Shown: positions 1-11,700, counted from the first letter of the stretch. The stretch: DNA of 64,000 nt from an uncultured archaeon (GCA_964632315.1 CAZWEM010000019.1:1486-65485), one strand, 5' to 3'. Numbers and translations: made by a program. The notes: generated from the sequence alone by a model not told the origin.

Positions 1-91
1 CGTTCTATTACCAGTTTTATATGTAATAATATATTTTGGATGGAATCTGATTCAGATCTTCTTTCTTCGAATCAGTTTCGAAGATATTGCA

Positions 92-964
92 GTGAAAGCT
101 AATGAAAAATTATTAAAAGAGAATGCTGAATTTAGTCGAAACAAAAATATAAGCATTGCACTTGCCATAATAATTATTTCATTGACGATCCTAATCCAAA
201 TCTTATCAAATATTGGATTTATACCTTTATTTGAACCCACAAGTCCCTCAGGTTCGTTAACACCTTTATATACATTCTATGGATGGAATGTCTTCATGTA
301 TGCTTTGATTGGAGTCTTATCTTATCGTTTATTTCAACTTCAGAGAATGAGTGTTAAAAATGAAACGCCTAATGTCTTTTCTTCAGTCTTTCATATACTG
401 ATTTGGATTATAATTTGGTACCGATCATTTAGTTTTATTTATTCCTTTAGGTCTGTCGAGAGCAATTTAGGAATAGATATAATGAGGGTTTTATCTGATG
501 TATTTCTCATGATCTTAACTTCATTTTTAGTTTTAAGGGGATTGGGATCAAGAATTTATCGTTTTAAAGCATTTAATCCAAATAATTTACCATTCTTCTT
601 GTTTGCTTTTACAATTTTATATGTGGAAGGACAAGTCATTATGATTATTGGTGGTGGTTCCATCGCAGGACTTTATACGAGTCGAGCGCAAATTAATTTA
701 GTCAATAATTTCTTAGTTTTGCTGATAACTGTGATATTTTACTGGTGGTATTCAAAAGTAACACTTGAAAAACGAAATTTAATTTTCAAATCATTGTTCA
801 CTCATAAGGAAGTGGGGCAAATTCTAATTGACTTTAAAGACTACTTAGAAAATTCTGGTGCTCTTGAAATCAATAAAGTAGATGATTATGAGATTAAGAC
901 CTTTATGGAAAATAAAAAGATAAAGGTTAATAAAATTACGGATGGAAAAGCCGTAGAAGATTAA
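92..964 (+). CDS. multi-pass membrane protein, unknown function
   Basis: 290-aa ORF with GTG start (no in-frame ATG upstream after stop at 26-28). Several hydrophobic segments (ISIALAIIIISLTILIQIL, VFLMILTSFLVL, FLVLLITVIFYWW). 8-nt gap to the next ORF. Confidence 0.55.
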   Translation: MKANEKLLKENAEFSRNKNISIALAIIIISLTILIQILSNIGFIPLFEPTSPSGSLTPLYTFYGWNVFMYALIGVLSYRLFQLQRMSVKNETPNVFSSVFHILIWIIIWYRSFSFIYSFRSVESNLGIDIMRVLSDVFLMILTSFLVLRGLGSRIYRFKAFNPNNLPFFLFAFTILYVEGQVIMIIGGGSIAGLYTSRAQINLVNNFLVLLITVIFYWWYSKVTLEKRNLIFKSLFTHKEVGQILIDFKDYLENSGALEINKVDDYEIKTFMENKKIKVNKITDGKAVED

Positions 965-972
965 GTATCGAA

Positions 973-1716
973 ATGAATGAAAGAAACAATACTTTAAGAG
1001 ATTACATTGAATTAAAAGACTATAATTCAATCAATGATTTTTTAATTGAAAGCAGCAAATCACCAAATGCGAAAGATCTAAAGTATATAGATATTTTATT
1101 AAATGTTCCAGATCTGGAGTTTAGAAAGAATTACATCCTTAATCTTGTTTTTTATTTAGGAGAATTAGGGAAGAGTACTATCCTTGATGAGAAATATGTG
1201 ATCTTCATGAAAAACATTTACTTCCAATCTGATAGATGGGTGCGTAATGAAATACTTACTACAATTTTGAAATTCATGCTTAAAACGAAATTAAATGAGG
1301 ATATTTTTACTATAATTAGAAATGCAATAACGGATGAATATTTAGAAATCAAGTTAAATGCCATCAGAATTATAAATCAAGTTGATAATATCCCCGAAGA
1401 TATTGCCTTGAGAGTCCTATTAAACTTCGGAAGCAATAATTCAGAATTAATTTCTTATTCCTCTCGTATCATTAAGAAAAATGTTAAATCTAATCAAATT
1501 CTAATAAATCTTCTTAAAAAATTATATGATATAAATCCTAACCTAGAAATAGGTTTAATTAGGAACCTATTAATTAACTTATTTGAATCAGTTTTGGAAT
1601 TGGAGCATTTTCGAGAAGATCTTTCAGAAAGTGAGTTAGCTGAACGGTTTAAACAAAAATTTCTTAATGAAATAAAAATTATGCAAAAAATTTTATTAAA
1701 AATTCCAAATCGCTAA
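973..1716 (+). CDS. hypothetical alpha-helical protein (possible HEAT/ARM-like repeats)
   Basis: 247-aa ORF with ATG start. Repetitive helical segments (VRNEILTTILKFM, LEIKLNAIRIINQV). No catalytic motif recognised. Confidence 0.5.
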   Translation: MNERNNTLRDYIELKDYNSINDFLIESSKSPNAKDLKYIDILLNVPDLEFRKNYILNLVFYLGELGKSTILDEKYVIFMKNIYFQSDRWVRNEILTTILKFMLKTKLNEDIFTIIRNAITDEYLEIKLNAIRIINQVDNIPEDIALRVLLNFGSNNSELISYSSRIIKKNVKSNQILINLLKKLYDINPNLEIGLIRNLLINLFESVLELEHFREDLSESELAERFKQKFLNEIKIMQKILLKIPNR

Positions 1717-2930
1717 ATCTCTACAGTATTGACTATACTCTGCAGATTCTCTTGAGTATAGATAATCTTATTAAAAATTCTTATAAATGCTTTGATAATT
1801 TTTCTTGGATTCCCATCATATTTATGATAAATTTTTCTCAATATATCTTCATTCAAGGGAAAATAATCCAGTTCACTAATGTTTATTGATGTTTGGAGTT
1901 CTAATTTTTCAGTAAAATTTTTCATGCTATTTTTATAAAATTCAAAAATGTCATCTTCTTCAAACTTTTTCAAAATGATTGGTTCATTAAATGTGAAGTT
2001 CGGGGTTTGTAATTCTTTGAACCATTGTTTGATCTCTTCAAGAGCTTTAATCGATTTTAATGTTATAATAATTCTTAAACCATTAATTTTCTTTAATTTT
2101 GAAATTCTTTTAATAATTTTCTTAGAAGCAATTTCTTCAGGGGACGTTTCTGGGCCATATAACCAGCTTGGGTCAAAAACTTCCTCTGCATCTTCCTGAG
2201 GTTTGATCATGGATATTAATTTTTCAAAATCATCAATGAATAAAACTGTACCTAATTTTGAATTTTCAATCAATAATTTGAGCATTGTAAAGGCGGTCTT
2301 GCTTTTTCTTAAATCACTGTTCATGTTCAATCGCGATAATTCCCTTACGTCCATTAATTCGCCTAAAAGCCACCCTTCCGCTTCTACCTTCTTATAAGGA
2401 TCTAACTGATGAGTAGTAATTCCATTGATAACGTCAATTAGCGCGCGATAATGATCTTCTTCAAATTGATCCCTTAGCTGACTAAATGCAACATTTTTTA
2501 CTTTTTTCACATCACCAACATGAAAAAATCCAAATTTCCTTTCTAACGCCCCCCATTGGTTACAAAGTTGATTAATGATATTTCGTAATGGTTCTACTCC
2601 TATATTTTCAATGAATTCGGAATAGATATTGTAAAAAAATTTTCGATATACTTTATCCAATGAAATATAAATCGTATTATAATAATATAAGGCAGTTTTT
2701 AGACTCCAATAGAAATGAGTTTTTCCAATTCCAACATCAGCTATGATTGGAAGGAGTATATTGGGATTATTTTTAATGATATTGACAATTTGGGCTAAAG
2801 TTGATTTCCGAGAATCGACAACGCCTAATTCTTCAGCGATTTCTCCCGTGCTGACAAATCTTTTAAAAGGATTGACCCCGATCCTCAAAAAATTAAGTAA
2901 TTTTACTTTCTTATTTTCGTATAATAACAT
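1713..2930 (-). CDS. P-loop NTPase (archaeal ATPase / ORC-like AAA family)
   Basis: 405-aa ORF. Walker A-like ADVGIGKTHF and Walker B-like VLFIDDFE. 7-nt gap from the upstream ORF 2938-3570. Confidence 0.65.
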   Translation of the reverse strand: MLLYENKKVKLLNFLRIGVNPFKRFVSTGEIAEELGVVDSRKSTLAQIVNIIKNNPNILLPIIADVGIGKTHFYWSLKTALYYYNTIYISLDKVYRKFFYNIYSEFIENIGVEPLRNIINQLCNQWGALERKFGFFHVGDVKKVKNVAFSQLRDQFEEDHYRALIDVINGITTHQLDPYKKVEAEGWLLGELMDVRELSRLNMNSDLRKSKTAFTMLKLLIENSKLGTVLFIDDFEKLISMIKPQEDAEEVFDPSWLYGPETSPEEIASKKIIKRISKLKKINGLRIIITLKSIKALEEIKQWFKELQTPNFTFNEPIILKKFEEDDIFEFYKNSMKNFTEKLELQTSINISELDYFPLNEDILRKIYHKYDGNPRKIIKAFIRIFNKIIYTQENLQSIVNTVEI

Positions 2931-2937
2931 GCCTAAA

Positions 2938-3570
2938 TCAGATCTTCAATTCTTCAATTCCCAAGATAATTATAAATTTAACCACTTTATCGTCCACATT
3001 AGTAAGCGGTTCGTAACTCACATCTAATTTATCATTTTTATCTCTTCCAACAATAAGGCAATCATAAAACACAGGATCTCCATGCTGATCTATAACAACT
3101 CTATCAGCAATAATAATACCCCCCATTATTAGAGAAATAGGATTCTTTAAAATTTCCTCTCTAAAAAAATTAAGATGATCAATCCCATATATTGGGTCAT
3201 TCAGATATAATCCAGCAGTATGTAACATATTTATAGTATAAGGAAAAGTATCAGAAAATTGCCCTTCATCATACAATTGCATAACGTCATCGGGTATTTG
3301 AACACAAAAATCAATTAATTCAAAGTCTTCCACCGCATTGGCAATTTTTTGAGAAAAAGCAGAATAATTATTGTTTCTCATTTCAAATCCAATTTTCAAT
3401 CCATTTTTAAATAAGAGCCCACCATTTTCTTTTGGGATTTGGACAGAGTCAGAGAATATAATAGAATCACTTTCGGATTTCAATTTCGTGATTATTGAGC
3501 CTGAATAATCTCCCTCGATCTTAATGTCGAGTATTGAATCAAATAAAACAAATCCATCGATATTACTCAT
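2938..3570 (-). CDS. hypothetical protein, first gene of a two-gene operon with the P-loop NTPase
   Basis: 210-aa ORF with ATG start. No recognisable motif. Confidence 0.55.
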   Translation of the reverse strand: MSNIDGFVLFDSILDIKIEGDYSGSIITKLKSESDSIIFSDSVQIPKENGGLLFKNGLKIGFEMRNNNYSAFSQKIANAVEDFELIDFCVQIPDDVMQLYDEGQFSDTFPYTINMLHTAGLYLNDPIYGIDHLNFFREEILKNPISLIMGGIIIADRVVIDQHGDPVFYDCLIVGRDKNDKLDVSYEPLTNVDDKVVKFIIILGIEELKI

Positions 3571-3781
3571 GTTAAAATCGAATAGTAAGTGTAATGCATT
3601 AATGTTACATATCTTAATGTGATATCTTATATTTAAGTTTAGTAACCAATTTCTCCCAATTGAATGAATTCAAACCTTTAATGTTAAATGAAGGGATATT
3701 TATTCAAATCAGTTAATTGTATTTAAAAAAGTAACAGAATACTTTCTAAATCAATTATAATTTCATTCTGAAATTTTATTT

Positions 3782-5830
3782 TTATTCAATTTTTGCTCCT
3801 GGAGGTATATCCTTATCAGTAGTTAAAACTGAAACAATTTCGCCATCTACAGCCGCTAACAACATTCCTTGACTTTCAATTCCCCTTAATTTTCGAGGTT
3901 CAAGGTTAGCTAGAATCACGATCTTTTTATTTTTCAATTCTTCAGCTTTATAGTGTTGAGCTAATCCTGCTACTAAAGTTCGTTTTTCATCTCCTAAATC
4001 AATTGTTAACTTGTATAATTTGTCTGCTTTAGGTACTTTTTCTACTTCTTTAACTAAAGCAACTCTTATATCTAGTTTTTTGAAATAATCATATGATACC
4101 AAATCTTTTTCACCTTTATCTTTGCCTTCTTTTATTTTTTTAAGTTTTTCTTGAAGTTCTTTAATATCTAATTTTTGAAAAAGAGGTTTTGGTGATTTTA
4201 TTTTAAGACCACTTTTTATAGCATTACTACTTATGTCGTTCCATTCCAATTTTGAAGGATCAAGATTCAAAAATTCTAAAATTCGAATACTTGTATCAGG
4301 AATGAATGGGTTCAATAGAATTGCAAATGCATGAACTGCTTGGATACAAATATTAAAAACGTGGCCTGCTGCTTTGCGATCTTTTTTAATTAGATGCCAG
4401 GGTGCTTTTTGATTTAAATAAACATTGCATTCCTTTCCAAAGGACACGATATCTCTTATTGACTTTCGGATTTCGAAGTTTAGCATTCCAGTTTCAATTT
4501 TTGTACCCATAGACTCGATTAAAGATAAAAATTGCTCATCTATTGAATCATTCTCAACCCTTTCGGGAACTAATGATTTAAATTGTTTCTCTATGAACGT
4601 CAAGGTTCTATGTATGAAATTACCAATATTATCATTTAGAGCCTTAACATTATTATCGAATTCAGACCATAGGAATGATGTATCACTTGTTTCGGGTCTA
4701 TTATAAAGCAACGAAAACCTCCAATAATCAACAGGGGCCAATTTTAAAGCATCGTCGATCCATATCCCTATTCTTCTAGATTTAGAAAACTTGGTATTTT
4801 CGAACATTAACCATTCTGTTGAAGATACGTTATAAGGGAGCACGAATTTGTCTTTTTCCCCTTTATCTTTATTATATCCTAACAATAAGCCTGGAAATAT
4901 AATTAGATGAAAGATGATATTATCTTTTCCAATAAAGAAGACAGACTTAGTATTTTTATCTTTCCAGAAATAATCAAATTTTTCTGGTTTTTTAATTATT
5001 TTATCGGCCCATTCTTTGACTGCTGAAATATAGCCTAAAACCGCTTCAAACCACACATAAATTGTTTTTCCTTGTGCTCCTTCAAATTTTGCAGGAATGC
5101 CCCATTCTAAATCCCTAGTTATTGCCCGTTCGGGTATTCCTTCTGCTATGCTATTCAAACACATTTGACGAGCATTTTGAGGGATGATCTCATTGTTGTC
5201 AATTAATTCAGCCAGTTTATCCTGTAACTTCGGGAAGTCAAAATACCAATGCTTAGTCTTCTTGATGATGGGTGTATTACCACATATTGCGCATCTAGGT
5301 TTTTTTAAATCCAGTGGGGTTAATAATTTTTGACAATTATCGCATTGATCTCCTCTAGCATCTTCATAATTACAGTGTGGGCATTCTCCCTCAACAAATC
5401 TGTCTGGTAGAAAGAAATCATCTTGTTTACAATATAATGATTCAATCTCCTTTTCAAAAATGAAACCATTTTTTTGAACATCAAGATAAAAGTTTTGAAC
5501 AAATTCTATATGGGTCGGATTATGAGTGATTGTATAATTATCATAAGATAAATTCCATTTTTTATACAAATCTTTAATAATTGCATGGTTTTTAAATGCT
5601 AATTCTTCAGTTGATATGTTTAACTTCTTAGCTTCTACTGCTACCGGAGTTCCATGTGAATCAGAGCCAGAAACGAACACAACTTCATCACCCCTTAATC
5701 TGAGAAATCGAGCGAAAACATCTGCGGATAAAGTACTTCCAATCATATTTCCAAGATGAGGAATGGCATTTACGTATGGCCATGCACTTGTCACTACCCA
5801 TTTCGATCTTTCTTTGTTAGAAATGTTCAA
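3782..5830 (-). CDS. metG: methionyl-tRNA synthetase with C-terminal Trbp111/EMAP-like tRNA-binding domain
   Basis: AWPYVNAIPHLGNMIGS (HIGH-type), KFSKSRRIG (KMSKS-type), zinc knuckles CPHC...CDNC and CAICG. C-terminal LDIRVALV...IESQGMLLAA. TTG start. Confidence 0.95.
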   Translation of the reverse strand: MNISNKERSKWVVTSAWPYVNAIPHLGNMIGSTLSADVFARFLRLRGDEVVFVSGSDSHGTPVAVEAKKLNISTEELAFKNHAIIKDLYKKWNLSYDNYTITHNPTHIEFVQNFYLDVQKNGFIFEKEIESLYCKQDDFFLPDRFVEGECPHCNYEDARGDQCDNCQKLLTPLDLKKPRCAICGNTPIIKKTKHWYFDFPKLQDKLAELIDNNEIIPQNARQMCLNSIAEGIPERAITRDLEWGIPAKFEGAQGKTIYVWFEAVLGYISAVKEWADKIIKKPEKFDYFWKDKNTKSVFFIGKDNIIFHLIIFPGLLLGYNKDKGEKDKFVLPYNVSSTEWLMFENTKFSKSRRIGIWIDDALKLAPVDYWRFSLLYNRPETSDTSFLWSEFDNNVKALNDNIGNFIHRTLTFIEKQFKSLVPERVENDSIDEQFLSLIESMGTKIETGMLNFEIRKSIRDIVSFGKECNVYLNQKAPWHLIKKDRKAAGHVFNICIQAVHAFAILLNPFIPDTSIRILEFLNLDPSKLEWNDISSNAIKSGLKIKSPKPLFQKLDIKELQEKLKKIKEGKDKGEKDLVSYDYFKKLDIRVALVKEVEKVPKADKLYKLTIDLGDEKRTLVAGLAQHYKAEELKNKKIVILANLEPRKLRGIESQGMLLAAVDGEIVSVLTTDKDIPPGAKIE

Positions 5831-5945
5831 AACCTCTCTTTATTTATTTGTTAATAAAAGAAATATAGCTAAAAAAAGTTGTTTCTAGAAAAATTGCGTG
5901 ATATTTCGTTCAGACTTTATAATTTAATAAATCGACAACGAATCA

Positions 5946-7124
5946 TCAACCGTAATGAATTTTTAACCCACAATTTCGACAGGCTCTAATTTCCTTGTTC
6001 ATTTTTTCTAAACAAGGTTCATGATAATAAGCGCCACATTTTTCACATTGATAAACTTTATAATCTCCTAGAAAAATACTTCGACAATAACTACAAGAAG
6101 AATTAATTTTAGAGATCTCTTCCTTTTCGATTAAGACCATAGATGTATCTTTATTTCCATCTTGCGATAATAATTTGATTTTATGTCCAGATTCTTTTCT
6201 TTCTTTTATAATTTTTGCTGCCGAAGGGGGCAATTCTAATAAAAAATAACAAAATGGACACCGAAACACGTTATCCTTATATTCGGTCTTTTGTGCCCAC
6301 ATCGCAGCACAAGAGAGATGCATTGATCTATCACAAGAAGGACAGTATCTACCTTCTGAAAAAAAATCGGAATTTGTGACAGGTGATTTAGTTGAATGAC
6401 ATATTTGGCATTTTTCTTGACCCTTTCCATCTATGGACATCATTAAACGTATATCAAGAACAGAAGGTCTTCTTAATGGGAGAGCAATTTCACTTACAAG
6501 TGGAGCGATCTTCTCTACTTTATTTGGAGCGAAATAATCCGTAGTCGTAGCACTATCTTTTTTTGAAGCAAAAGCCTTTCCAGAATTAAGAATTGCTTTA
6601 GAATTATTGAAAAAGCCATACTCACCTCGAGTATCATTGCATATTTTTTTAAATAACCCTCCAGATATTGTTTCAACAACTCCATATTGACAAACATCGA
6701 TAAAGATATGCAATCCTTTAGCAATTTCTACTAATTTCTGCAGTCTGTGGCTATTTTCTGGACTACTATCGGTAATTATAAATATCCTATTATTTTTCCC
6801 GCCTAACTTTCTCATTTCTTCAACCAATATCTGGAGAGAAAATGCAATTCCATCAGTAAATTGACTATTACCCGATATTCTTAATCTCATTAAGCTCTGA
6901 ATTAATCTCTCTTCTTCATAACTAAAAGAAGATAACTTTCTAGTATCATCTCCAAAAGATAAAATAGCAATTCTATCTTTTGGATCAATAAGGAATTTTG
7001 TATGAACGAAATTTTTTACAGTATTTAAGGCAACGGTTATTCTGTCGGGTTTAAAATCTTTTCTCATCATTGAACGAGACACGTCAATGAGAACTACTGT
7101 ATCTTCAGGTTTTATATCATGCAA
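5946..7124 (-). CDS. von Willebrand factor A domain protein with two C-terminal C4HC3 (PHD/RING-variant) zinc fingers
   Basis: MIDAS-like VVLIDVSRSM. Finger 1: CQIC-x18-CPSC-x4-H-x2-C-x16-CPFC. Finger 2: CSYC-x12-CEKC-x4-H-x2-C-x10-CRNC. TTG start. Confidence 0.8.
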   Translation of the reverse strand: MHDIKPEDTVVLIDVSRSMMRKDFKPDRITVALNTVKNFVHTKFLIDPKDRIAILSFGDDTRKLSSFSYEEERLIQSLMRLRISGNSQFTDGIAFSLQILVEEMRKLGGKNNRIFIITDSSPENSHRLQKLVEIAKGLHIFIDVCQYGVVETISGGLFKKICNDTRGEYGFFNNSKAILNSGKAFASKKDSATTTDYFAPNKVEKIAPLVSEIALPLRRPSVLDIRLMMSIDGKGQEKCQICHSTKSPVTNSDFFSEGRYCPSCDRSMHLSCAAMWAQKTEYKDNVFRCPFCYFLLELPPSAAKIIKERKESGHKIKLLSQDGNKDTSMVLIEKEEISKINSSCSYCRSIFLGDYKVYQCEKCGAYYHEPCLEKMNKEIRACRNCGLKIHYG

Positions 7125-7188
7125 GATGCTTTTCCAATTTAAAAATCAATTTATCTCTATAAAAAATATAACTGTATAAATAACTTTA

Positions 7189-8550
7189 TTATTTTTGTTT
7201 AAGAAATTCATAAGCGAAAAGGGCATATACTTTAATTGAATTTATAAAATCTTCTATTTCTATATATTCATCAACAGCATGAGCTTTTTCACCTCTTCCT
7301 GGACCGAATATAACAGTTTGGGGGCAAATTCCAGAATTTCTAATATAATGAGCATCAGCAGAGGCAGGTAATAATAAATAAAAGGACTTTTTGTTATAAG
7401 TCTTTTCAATAATATCATGCAATGTTTTTAGATGGTTTGATTCTTCCCAATCTTTCCAGTAAGATCCTTCGGAGGCATCACTAGTTTCGACAAATACATA
7501 TGGCTCGTTATTATTTTCTCCTAATTTATCTTTAATATTATAACTTGTCTCATTTAAAATTAGCTCTTTCAATCCGTCTATAATCGAATCAACTTTCTGC
7601 CCCGGCAATAAGCGAACATCGATTAATGCCTCACACCTATCGGGTACCACGTTTTCTTTTATGCCTGCTTTAATCATAGTTACTGAATAACTGAAATTTA
7701 CAAGTGATTGAATTACGCTATTAAGCATGGGTTGTTCGTTTAAGATTCTTTCAAAAATCTCTCGACTAGCAAAAACTTCAGCGACTAAGCTCTTTAATTT
7801 TTCAAGTGTCATTGGAGGCTGTGCGGGAGGAATGTAATTCTTTAACTTACTCAGTTTTATAACTATTTCACTCATCATATCTATTGCATTTTTGCCCAAT
7901 GAAGGCATAGAAGCATGGCAAGATATGCCGTTAGTAATTAATTTAACATATAAATGTCCTTTTTCTCCCAATAAAATGGCTTTTGGTAACGGATTTAAGC
8001 CCGATGCTTCACCAACTATGGTAAAATCGGGTTTTTTTGATTTAAGGGGATTTTCAAGACACCATTTAGTTCCAAAAATGCCCCCCGTCTCTTCATCAGC
8101 TACAGCATTAACAATTAAATTCCCAGAAAGTTCATTTTCAAAAGGTTTTAAAATTTTTAATGCAATGATCATGGCAACCAAACCACCTTTCATATCTGTC
8201 GTTCCTCGCCCATAGATATATTTTTTCCGCTTAATAGTCGCATCTAATGGAGGGCTGGACCAATCGGAATCATTTCCCGGGGGAACAACATCCATATGTC
8301 CATTGTAAAGTAAGAGTTTATCATCATTGCCATTTAATGAAGCAACTAAATTAGCTCTGTTTTCTCCAAATGGATAAATTTCCGAAGTAATGCTAAACTT
8401 TTTTAAAAATCCATCGATTACTTTCGCAACATTCAGTTCATCCCCAGGAGGATTATAGGATTTAGCTTTTAACACATCCCGAAAAAAATCAATGTACATT
8501 TCACGATTCTTTTCTATATCTTTTAAAATCTGCTCTTCAGTCATATTCAT
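7189..8550 (-). CDS. M20-family metallopeptidase (ArgE/DapE/carboxypeptidase G2-like)
   Basis: GHMDVVPPG, GRGTTDMKGG and VADEETGG motifs; 453 aa. Confidence 0.9.
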   Translation of the reverse strand: MNMTEEQILKDIEKNREMYIDFFRDVLKAKSYNPPGDELNVAKVIDGFLKKFSITSEIYPFGENRANLVASLNGNDDKLLLYNGHMDVVPPGNDSDWSSPPLDATIKRKKYIYGRGTTDMKGGLVAMIIALKILKPFENELSGNLIVNAVADEETGGIFGTKWCLENPLKSKKPDFTIVGEASGLNPLPKAILLGEKGHLYVKLITNGISCHASMPSLGKNAIDMMSEIVIKLSKLKNYIPPAQPPMTLEKLKSLVAEVFASREIFERILNEQPMLNSVIQSLVNFSYSVTMIKAGIKENVVPDRCEALIDVRLLPGQKVDSIIDGLKELILNETSYNIKDKLGENNNEPYVFVETSDASEGSYWKDWEESNHLKTLHDIIEKTYNKKSFYLLLPASADAHYIRNSGICPQTVIFGPGRGEKAHAVDEYIEIEDFINSIKVYALFAYEFLKQK

Positions 8551-8703
8551 TCATTTCTTATCGAACTTTTCACTTAAATTTAGAAAATGAATAAATTATT
8601 TATAATATTTTGTCATTTTGGTTTCTGCGTAATAAACTTAAATAAAATTGCGAAATTTTTTTATTTTTAAATTCTTTTATAACTAAAAAATTGAAATAAT
8701 CGG

Positions 8704-11700
8704 TTGAATTTTGTGATACGACGAAAAAAAGAGGAAAGACAAATTTTTGTAGTGAGTATCTTTATAATATCAATTTTTCTAATTAGTACTCCACTATTTT
8801 CTAATTTTAATTCAATTTTCACTAATTCTCAAAATGAAGATTTGAATCATAATGAAATAAAAGATCTATCAGTTAGCTCAGATAATTATTTGAATGATTA
8901 TTACATTACAGGAACTGGGAATGATCAACAAGTTCAGATTTATGCGACAAATTCTTCAAATTCAAATATTAACAATCAAAATTATTTTGACATTCCATCA
9001 ATGTCCTCTGTAGATGATACGTTTCTGACTAGAGGGGATTTTAATTTCACGTTTCAAAATAATTATACAACGAACTACGTGATTGAAGATACTTATCCAC
9101 TAAATGCATCCAATTTTATTGAATTTGATATGAATACGGGTAGTGGGTATTCTACGATAGCCCTCGAAAATGGAACATCTAGTAATTTGAATCTAGACAC
9201 CCTTACTGATGATAGTTTATCGACTTCCTCCTTTATTAACGCAGAAAATGGAATAGTTAACCTTACATTAAGTGCTGATTTCTCTGATACAACATTTGTT
9301 AATTCTCCTACAGGCATAAATCTCAATTTCGACAGAAATCTAATAATAGGATTTATTACTTCTTTAATTTTTGAAATCAGTAGAAATGCTACATTAACAA
9401 TCATGATGAGAGATATTACATCTTCTTCTTGGGTAAATGTAACGCAGCCAATATCCCTAGATAGCACATTAGGTACATTAGATATTGAACAGAAAATCAT
9501 TAATGAAAATTTACAATATATAAATCTTTCCAACGAAAATAACGTTCAGTTTTATTTCGAACGATTTGATACCTCGAATTATAATATTACTCTCTATGAA
9601 TTACATGATAAATCAATTTATGGATTTGATCTTCCTATAACTGATACAAATTGGGTGGCTCTTGAGTTTGACCTTAAAGGCTTGAGTTCTACCGTCAATG
9701 GCTTCAATGCTTGGATTAGAACTTTGAATCTAACTAAGGCTTTAGATGCTGAATTAAATGTCACCTTATATAAAGCTAATAGGACTGTTGCAAGAACTAG
9801 CAAAAATTTGGTAGACAATACGATGAGACCAGAATATTCAGAAAAAATTGATAGTTTTGTATTAGATTATAGCGCATACCACGGAGATTCTATTCATTAT
9901 TTTAAATTCAATACGAGTAACACTTCCAATCTCGGGTTATACAATTACTTTATTGTCATATATTCTAATTCATCTGAGCTTGTATATAGTTTAGCTACGA
10001 TTCCTAGAGAAACTTTTGGAGATCCCGATGAGAGAATTGATCATCAATTAAAAAGGAGTAGTGATGGTGGATTATCATGGGTAAATGCACATAAAAACGT
10101 GCCCACTAATTATGAATCAGAGCAACTCGATGCCAGTCCTTTTGTTTTAAATGTCACGAGGGGATACATGCCTTCTGATTTTTATATTTCTGAAGATGAT
10201 AATTTAAATATACAAGACATGCGGGTTGAAAATTTAGCAATTAATACTGGTATTTATGCTACAAGTTCTGCACTTACATGGGGATTAGGAAGATGGAATA
10301 ATGATTTTACCACGGAAATAACAAATAATACCGTAAATGATTTTCGAATTGATTTAAATTGGAGTAAATTGGTGATTAAGGGATTCAAATTCAACGTGTC
10401 TTATTTTGTAAAAGCTTATTGGAATGAGCCTGCATTAGTTGGCTATAATGTAAGCTATAATTCAATTCCAAGATGGCATTTTAATTTTACATTCGATTCA
10501 AGCAATGTAAATCTTGATGAATGGAACTTTTATGAATTTTGGTTTGTATATCCTAGTTATTTTGATGCAACAAACCTGACTAATCCAAGTAATGAGGATA
10601 TCTATAATTTAACAGGAAAAGAAGTTCAAATTTCGGGTATCCCTCAAGATAAAACGATTGTAAACTCAACTTTAGCAACTGATGGACTCTATGTATTAGA
10701 AGCTACCTCCCCAAACCTCATTAAAGAAATGCACAGTTATATTTATTACAAAGAGGATTTACTTGAGACTAATGGATTTATGTATGGAGATAATATGACG
10801 GTTAGGTTAGATATTTTAGATCAAAATGGAAAGATCCCTAAGGGGGGATTAGCGAATGTATCTCTATATTATCCAAATAATAGTACAAAATATCCAGGAA
10901 CAGATAGAAGTAGCAGTGAAGCAATTAAAATAGATGATACTAAAACTTACTCTTTCAGTAATGATACTATCTTAATGGTGAATGAAAGTGTCCCCTTAGA
11001 TAATTATTATTTAGGATTCTTTTGGTCAAATGGGACTGCCATCGGATGTAAAACATTGAAAGTGTATATTAATGCATATGATATTGAATTAGACGACTTA
11101 TTTTATGAACCCAATTTTAATACTAACGTGCTTAGTGGTATCGTTTCTGAAGTGTATGATAACTATTCATTACTATTAGCTAGTGTTAATGAAACAACTG
11201 GTTTAACTAATCCCGACTTTTATACTGTTAATCAATCAGGCTTGAATCAAGAATACAGTATTGACATTAGTGGAAACCAAATACCTGTAATGTTTAAATC
11301 ATTTTTACAAAATGAAACTATTCTCAATCCAGGAGAGATTGTCAAATTTTCGACTGAGATTCAAAATCTACATGAATTGATTAACTTAGATGTATCGATA
11401 AATGTTAAATTAGTTGCTTTAGGAAATGAAGACTGGATCATCGATGAGGCTACTTCTGCGATTCAAAATTTATCACTTAAAGGAGATCCAAGTGGAAATG
11501 ATACTAAAGATTTCTCAGTTGAACTTCAGGTTCCTGATTTTCAACCTGATGGCACATGGATGGGTCTAAATGCCCCTATCCGAAAAGGTGGTGCTAAAAC
11601 AATCGTTACAATATATATTGGGAATAAAATTGCTGGATATTACGAAAGTCCAGACTATTCCATACTTATAAATGACCACGAAGATATTTTTGAGGGATTC

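Noticed and set aside
52-240. 62-aa minus-strand ORF at the left edge
   Set aside because: It overlaps the better-supported 290-aa membrane protein ORF on the plus strand and has no independent support.
9093-9533. 146-aa minus-strand ORF (and 9618-9818)
   Set aside because: It is embedded antisense in the 1362-aa surface protein gene, with no motif.
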